Source: Gemmatimonadales bacterium
GTDB taxonomy: Bacteria > Gemmatimonadota > Gemmatimonadetes > Gemmatimonadales > GWC2-71-9
Length of the DNA: 64,000 nucleotides
Reading direction: 5' to 3'
NCBI GenBank assembly: GCA_037189525.1
Contig: JBBCJC010000001.1
Coordinates: 736,001-800,000 of the forward strand
The stretch's first letter is position 1. Every line of letters starts with the position of its first letter. The notes under the pieces are model-generated. The model did no database searches, was not told where the DNA came from, and saw nothing but the letters and a program-made list of their open reading frames with translations. Of the stretch, positions 58,687 to 64,000 are shown one piece after another. A program made the translations under genes and the position numbers.

Positions 58687-60167
58687 TCCAGATCGCCGTC
58701 CGTCGCGGCGCGGGCCAGGAACTGGCGAACCTTATCCATATACATGGTCCGATCGTGGCTGTTGACCAGCGCCCCCGCCATCCGAACCGGGTCGCCGAAG
58801 AAGTACCGTTCGTAGAGCACCTGCCGCGTCCCGAAGGCCGAGATGGCCGTATCCCACGCCAGACGGAACAAGGGGATGCGGTCCAGCGCATCGAGGCGTG
58901 CTGCCTGAAAGTAACGCTTTACATCCTCGATCAGCGGCCCGTTGACGTCGGCTTCCGTCGGCATGGCAACCAGCCCCGCGGCGCCCAACTGCTGAATGAT
59001 TTCGATCATGCGCGGGTAGAGCCGCGGATAGAGATTCCGAGCCGCATCGAGCGGATCCCACGCAGGACGCATCACGCCGTACTCGTCGAGCGCAGCCCCC
59101 GCCTCCGCCGCAACCCGAAAGGCCCGCATCGTTTCCAGATTGACCCAAATCTCGGCCAGCTTTTCCTGGACGTGCTGAAACTGCTCGATGGCAATGGCAT
59201 CGATCATCATCGACGCGAGCCCGAGGAGATACTCGGTCTTGGCGATGTTCTTGATCAGCACCTGATGAGCCATGTTGGCCAGCGCGCCCGTTTTCTGGTA
59301 GGCGGCATTGCAACGCGCCACATCGCGGTAGAGAAAGACCCGTTCCCACGGCACGAACACGTCGTCGAAGATCACGACGGCATCCATCTCCTCGAAGCGC
59401 GAGGCGAGGGGATGATCGAAATGCGACCGGCCATGATCGACGGTTTCGCGGCAGAGGAACCGCAACCCCGGGGTATCCGTGGGGATCGAGAGGGCGTAGG
59501 CGTAGCGCTGGTCTTCTTCGGTGTTTCTGAGAAAGGTCGACGGAAACACCATGATCTCGTCGGCCACCGGCAGCGTGGCGAGCATCCGGCAGCCGCGCAC
59601 GACGATGCCGGCGTCGTTCTCGTCCTTCACCTTGGCGGCCAGGAACGGGTCGGCCTGCATCGCGGCGTGTACCGAGCGATTGGCCTGCGGGCTGCTGAGG
59701 GTGTGCGTCAGGCAGAGATCGTGGTCACGGATGTAGGCGTGATAGGCCCGGATATTCTCGCCGAAGCGCGGCTCGGCCTCACCCAGAAACGCGGCGCCTG
59801 CTGCGTATCCGGAAATCGACCGATTGATGTAGTCGGGCAGCCGTCCCATCATGCCCAGCGTCGCCCCGGTCCAGTGCGCCATCGACCGCCCGACCGCCCT
59901 CAGGTCCTCCGCGGTGGTCGGGTTCTGAAAGGAGCGCCCGACCCGAAACGGTCCGCCGGGCGAATCGAACAGCGTCAGCGCAGGCTCCTGCCACTGGAGA
60001 TCGTAGAGACGGGCCAGGGTTTTGATCCCTCCGGCAAAGCCGGGGGAAGTTGTAGGATCATTTATCCGCTCCCCGCGATGCCAGAGAGCAGGAGTCCTAT
60101 CCTTAAGTCGTTCAATGACTTGAGACCCTCGTCGCGCTCCGGAAGGAGACTGGGAGCTCATTTTCAT
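58683..60167 (-). CDS. hpaB: 4-hydroxyphenylacetate 3-monooxygenase-type oxygenase component
   Basis: GRLPDY, THTL, ATL, FPST, SRFEEMDA, VFVPWERVF, RQVLYERYFFGDP; exact start uncertain (60161-60185). Confidence 0.88.
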   Translation of the reverse strand: MKMSSQSPSGARRGSQVIERLKDRTPALWHRGERINDPTTSPGFAGGIKTLARLYDLQWQEPALTLFDSPGGPFRVGRSFQNPTTAEDLRAVGRSMAHWTGATLGMMGRLPDYINRSISGYAAGAAFLGEAEPRFGENIRAYHAYIRDHDLCLTHTLSSPQANRSVHAAMQADPFLAAKVKDENDAGIVVRGCRMLATLPVADEIMVFPSTFLRNTEEDQRYAYALSIPTDTPGLRFLCRETVDHGRSHFDHPLASRFEEMDAVVIFDDVFVPWERVFLYRDVARCNAAYQKTGALANMAHQVLIKNIAKTEYLLGLASMMIDAIAIEQFQHVQEKLAEIWVNLETMRAFRVAAEAGAALDEYGVMRPAWDPLDAARNLYPRLYPRMIEIIQQLGAAGLVAMPTEADVNGPLIEDVKRYFQAARLDALDRIPLFRLAWDTAISAFGTRQVLYERYFFGDPVRMAGALVNSHDRTMYMDKVRQFLARAATDGDLE

Positions 60168-60170
60168 GCC

Positions 60171-60215
60171 TTGATTGTTGAACAATTAAGATATATTCAT
60201 GAATCCTTCTCGCAA
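60171..60215 (-). promoter_or_regulatory. hpaB-operon promoter and GntR-type operator
   Basis: Palindrome ATTGTT-G-AACAAT (60174-60186); minus strand TTGCGA (60215-60210), 16 nt, TATCTT (60193-60188). Confidence 0.6.
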
Positions 60216-60313
60216 GCCATTGCGTCGACGTTGTTTACTTGGAGAGGATTGTTCATCAGATGAACCCGACCCTGCCCCGGCTCAGTCGAGAGCGGCCGAC
60301 CGCCCGAGGATCG

Positions 60314-61021
60314 ATGACCTCTCCCGCCACCCCGCGTACCCACGACCCACTGTCGGATGCGAACCGCGCGGACGTCGCCGCCCATACGCTTGCATCCCGG
60401 ATTCTCCGTGGCGAGCTTGCTCCCGGCACGCGCCTCCCGGAAATCGAGCTCGCGACCGCACTGGACGTCTCCCGCAACACGCTGCGCGAAGCGATCAAGA
60501 TTCTGGCGGCGCGCGGGTTGGTGCAGCTGCAGCGGCACCGGAGCGCTACAGTGGCCACGCTGTCGGCGGATGGCGTCCGGGATCTCTATCGGATGCGCCG
60601 GCTGCTCGAACTGTCCGCCGTCGAGGCCAGCGCCGGCCAACCGGCCGAGAGCTTTCATGAGATCGGCGCAGCGATCGGCCAACTGACCCGGGCGGCAACG
60701 CTCGACGACCCGGTTGCGATCATCGAGGCCGACCTCGCCTTTCATCGGGCCGTGGTCCGCCTCCATGGCAGCGAACGCATCGAATCGGCGTTTACGGCGG
60801 GCCTCGACGAGTTGCGGCTGGGATTGGCCCTGCTCGATGCGCGGACCGAGCCGACGCTGGGCGGGCTGGTTGACGACCATCGGGCCATGTACGGACTGCT
60901 GCTGCGTGGCGAGCAGGATGGGTGTCGGCAGTTACTCCGCGCGCATCTTGGCGCATCGGAGGAGCAGGTACTGACGGCGCTCGAACGAGCCGGCAACGGA
61001 GGTTCGAGCAACGGACCCTGA
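60314..61021 (+). CDS. GntR family regulator (FCD domain)
   Basis: PGTRLPE..LA..LDVSRNTLREAI; DLAFH and DDH FCD residues. Confidence 0.9.
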   Translation: MTSPATPRTHDPLSDANRADVAAHTLASRILRGELAPGTRLPEIELATALDVSRNTLREAIKILAARGLVQLQRHRSATVATLSADGVRDLYRMRRLLELSAVEASAGQPAESFHEIGAAIGQLTRAATLDDPVAIIEADLAFHRAVVRLHGSERIESAFTAGLDELRLGLALLDARTEPTLGGLVDDHRAMYGLLLRGEQDGCRQLLRAHLGASEEQVLTALERAGNGGSSNGP

Positions 61022-61039
61022 ATACAACCGAGTGGAGGT

Positions 61040-61813
61040 TTGGTGTCATCCGATCCGATTCACGACGGCAACGTCTCCAGTACCCTGGCCGACGGCATCG
61101 CCACGATCAGCTTTGGTCACCCCAAGAGCAATTCCCTCCCGGGCGCGCTGCTCGGCAAACTCGCCGACACCATTCGAGAAGCTGGTAACGACCCCGCCGC
61201 GCGCGTCATCGTGCTGCGCAGCGAAGGAACCGGCCCGTTCTGCGCCGGCGCATCGTTCGACGAGCTCCGCGCCGTCAGCGACGCCGCCGCCGGCCAGCGG
61301 TTCTTCTCGGGGTTTGCCAAGGTGATCCTGGCCATGATCCGGGCGCCCAAGTTCGTGCTGGCGCGGGTCCACGGCAAAGCGACCGGCGGTGGGATCGGCG
61401 TGATTGCAGCCGCCGACTGGTCGATTGCCACGACCGGCGCCGCAATCAAACTGAGCGAGCTCGCCGTCGGGATCGGCCCGTTCGTGGTGGGACCGGTAAT
61501 CGAGAAGAAGATCGGCTTGGGCGCCTATGCCGCGATGAGCGTCGACGCCGACTGGCGCTCCGCCGAATGGGGTGCGCAGCATTCGCTCTACGCCGAAGTC
61601 CACCCCTCCGTAGCGGAGATGGACGCCGCCCTGGATAAGCGAGCCGCGTGGCTGGCCTCGTGCAACCCGCTGGCCATGGCGCAGATCAAGGCCGTCTTCT
61701 GGGAAGGCACCGAGGGATGGGACGAACTGCTCGCCAAGCGCGCGGCCATGAGCGGCGGGCTCGTGCTGACGGAGCCCGCCCGCGCCGCCATCGCGGCGGC
61801 GTTCAGGCGCTAG
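61040..61813 (+). CDS. Enoyl-CoA hydratase/isomerase family protein
   Basis: FCAGA, GGGIG, LSELAVGIGP. Confidence 0.88.
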   Translation: MVSSDPIHDGNVSSTLADGIATISFGHPKSNSLPGALLGKLADTIREAGNDPAARVIVLRSEGTGPFCAGASFDELRAVSDAAAGQRFFSGFAKVILAMIRAPKFVLARVHGKATGGGIGVIAAADWSIATTGAAIKLSELAVGIGPFVVGPVIEKKIGLGAYAAMSVDADWRSAEWGAQHSLYAEVHPSVAEMDAALDKRAAWLASCNPLAMAQIKAVFWEGTEGWDELLAKRAAMSGGLVLTEPARAAIAAAFRR

Positions 61814-61814
61814 C

Positions 61815-62840
61815 TCAGAAGACGACTTTGACGATGCGCCCAGCCGGCCCGGTCAGCCAGCCGATGCCGGTCGACGAAAAGCCGATGCCCCAGTAGTTCC
61901 CTCCATCGAGGAGGGCCCAGGTCTCACCGTGGTCCTCGGTCCAGGCCGCCCCTTTCGGGCCGACCGCGACCACGGTTTTCGGCTGGAGCGGAACATAGGC
62001 CAAACCATAGACCGGACCGGGAAACGCCGGCCGCCCTGCCAGCGCCCAGCTGCGGCCGCCGTCGATACTCACGATCACATTGTCGAGGTAGGCGTCCGGT
62101 GCACCGAGATCGCCGCCGGCCGCCATGCCGAGTCGATCGCCGGCAAAGGCAAGGCTGGCGATTCCCGACGCAGGAGCGGCGTTGAAGATCGGCGTACCGA
62201 TCGCCGAGGATTTGTCGACCCCGAACCGCAATACCCGCCCACCCACCGCGGTCCCTACCCAGGCGCTCAAGTCCGATCGCATCACCACACAGGTGCCGCT
62301 TGCCGCGAAGGCACCTTCCCCAGCCAGCGGACGGATCGTCCCACCTGGCGGCGCATAAGCAGCCCAGGTCCGACCACCATCCGCGCTGCGAATCAGCGGA
62401 AACGCGTCGCCGACCGCATCACTGAACGCAATTCCGACCTCGCCGTGGAAATCGAAACAGTCGAAGAAGGCCTTCGGCTCACGATTGGTAAACGTCAGCA
62501 ACCAGCTCGCGCCGCCGTTCTCCGTCCGGTACACCCGGGAACGATCGCCAGGCCCCGCCGCGAGGACCACGGCACGATCGGCATCGAAGGCATGGATATC
62601 GCGAAACTCGAGCGAGTCCGCACCTGGCACGACTTGGGCAACCCAGGTAGTACCACCGTCAGTGGTGCGCACGACGGTCCCCCGAACACCGCTCGCCCAC
62701 ACTACGAGATCGTTCACGACCGACACTGCCTGCAAACGAGCCGTCGTACCCGACGACTGCACCTCGAGCTTCGGCTCGTCCTGCGCGACCACGACCGCCG
62801 GCGCAGCAAGACCCAGCACCAGCGTGATCAGATTCCGCAT
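61815..62840 (-). CDS. Ycf48-like/BNR-repeat secreted protein
   Basis: Asp-box repeats TTDGGTTW, TENGGASW, SADGGRTW, SIDGGRSW; EGAFAASGT. Confidence 0.8.
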   Translation of the reverse strand: MRNLITLVLGLAAPAVVVAQDEPKLEVQSSGTTARLQAVSVVNDLVVWASGVRGTVVRTTDGGTTWVAQVVPGADSLEFRDIHAFDADRAVVLAAGPGDRSRVYRTENGGASWLLTFTNREPKAFFDCFDFHGEVGIAFSDAVGDAFPLIRSADGGRTWAAYAPPGGTIRPLAGEGAFAASGTCVVMRSDLSAWVGTAVGGRVLRFGVDKSSAIGTPIFNAAPASGIASLAFAGDRLGMAAGGDLGAPDAYLDNVIVSIDGGRSWALAGRPAFPGPVYGLAYVPLQPKTVVAVGPKGAAWTEDHGETWALLDGGNYWGIGFSSTGIGWLTGPAGRIVKVVF

Positions 62841-62842
62841 CC

Positions 62843-63691
62843 TCACCTCACGGTTCGCGACAACCAGTCGTTCAACACAGCAAGCGTAGCGTCCGGACGC
62901 GCCTGCGGGAAGAGGTGACCCGCATCCTCCACCACGACAGACTCCGACCAGGGCACCGCCGCCTCGCATTCGGCGCGAGCGTCGGACATGAACGTGTCGG
63001 ACGTCGCCCCGGCCACGACCAGGATCGGTAGCGTCGGATCGAGCTTCGCCATCTCGCGCCAGGTGTCCGTTTTGAAGGCGTGATAGTAGTAAGCTTCCCA
63101 GGCCGCCGGCCAAGCCAGCACATAGCCGCCGGAACCGTCGGGGCGGAGTCCGCCATTCACGTACCGCATCAACGCGGCGTCGGACCAGTCGGCAAAAAGC
63201 CGGCGCCGGCGCCAGACATCAAACGCCTCCTCACGAGAGGAGAAATGACTGCGACGCCTGATGGCCTGCCGAGCCAGCGGATGACCGTTCGGCTGCCAAT
63301 TCGCTTGCTTGGCACGGGCATAGCGATCCATCCCTTCGGCCGGAAGGATGACCGGGTCGAGCAGCACCAGCGCCCGGAAGAGCGAACGCCGCATGGTGGC
63401 GGCCACCAGGGAGGCCACCGCACCGAACGAATGGCCCACCGCGACGACATCATGCAAACCGTGCTGCTCGATGCCGGCCACGAGATCCGCCGCCAAATCG
63501 CTCCAGTCTCCATTGCCGGCCGGAGGACTACCGATGCCGGGCCATAGCGCGCGCGGCGGTAGTGTCACGCAGCGGAACTGCGCCGCCAACCCATCGAAGA
63601 TCGGCCGATAGCTTTCGAGCGGAAACCCGTTCGCCGGCGCCCAGTGCAGCACCGGTCCGGCGCCGCCGTGTTCGATCAGAGGATACGTCAT
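62843..63691 (-). CDS. Alpha/beta hydrolase
   Basis: ANGF, GHSFG nucleophile elbow, GHLFP. Confidence 0.85.
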   Translation of the reverse strand: MTYPLIEHGGAGPVLHWAPANGFPLESYRPIFDGLAAQFRCVTLPPRALWPGIGSPPAGNGDWSDLAADLVAGIEQHGLHDVVAVGHSFGAVASLVAATMRRSLFRALVLLDPVILPAEGMDRYARAKQANWQPNGHPLARQAIRRRSHFSSREEAFDVWRRRRLFADWSDAALMRYVNGGLRPDGSGGYVLAWPAAWEAYYYHAFKTDTWREMAKLDPTLPILVVAGATSDTFMSDARAECEAAVPWSESVVVEDAGHLFPQARPDATLAVLNDWLSRTVR

Positions 63692-63800
63692 GTGTCAGGA
63701 AGCATTACGGTATCGACGATGCGGAGCAAGATCCGAACGGGTATCTTGGAGGGATCCGTCGCCCCGTCCCGGGGTCTGATTCCCTGCTTCCGCCGACTCG

Positions 63801-64000
63801 ATGACCATGCTGTCTCTCCCTCAACCCTTCCGTCGTCCGGCTGCAGGGCTTTCCCGCCGGGCCACCCCATGGCTCGTCGCGCTCGGCGTCATGTCCGCTC
63901 TTCCGCTCGCGGCCCAGAGCGGCCTGGCGCCCGAGGAGCGGCGGATCAGACAGGCCGTCGACACCCACTTCGACGGCGCGGTCGCCCTGCTCGAAGAAAC
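63801..64000 (+). CDS. Partial secreted protein, possibly M20 family peptidase N-terminus
   Basis: Frame open to the window end: signal peptide then AQSGLAPEERRIRQAVDTHFDGAVALLEE; product is a guess. Confidence 0.45.
   Translation, partial: MTMLSLPQPFRRPAAGLSRRATPWLVALGVMSALPLAAQSGLAPEERRIRQAVDTHFDGAVALLEE

Noticed and set aside
58614..60263. 549-aa plus-strand ORF
   Set aside because: Antisense shadow of hpaB.

Overview
GC-rich bacterial chromosomal window. The many signal-peptide or lipoprotein hydrolases and 6-bladed propeller lipoproteins suggest Gemmatimonadota (inference). About 53 CDS; I recognised no rRNA, tRNA, CRISPR array, integrase or transposase. The left half holds a DUF305/LVIVD pair, secreted hydrolases, nrfHA with a CXXCH-type first heme, a Cys-rich ArsR-TolC-MFP-RND-PII-like-DUF2892 operon, a two-component system, an ankyrin/glyoxalase operon with a structured 5' leader, a tricorn protease and an ECF sigma module. 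The right half holds an orphan 2-oxoacid dehydrogenase E2, paaABCD with a PaaR-like operator, and an accessory block of about 14 kb (47.1-61.0 kb). That block has decaying, triplicated propeller-lipoprotein cassettes and a tightly coupled 10-gene aromatic catabolic operon with a divergent GntR. The operon is the best candidate for an undescribed system. It joins an HpaB/HpaC-type hydroxylase to an intradiol PcaHG-type dioxygenase with a remodelled substrate pocket. Its lower-pathway genes are sugar-acid-type enzymes (SMP-30 lactonase, GlucD-like enolase plus a degenerate partner, RraA aldolase, 2-hydroxyacid dehydrogenase, NIPSNAP) rather than pcaBCD or hpaDEFGHI. All family assignments come from motif recognition only; no searches were run.
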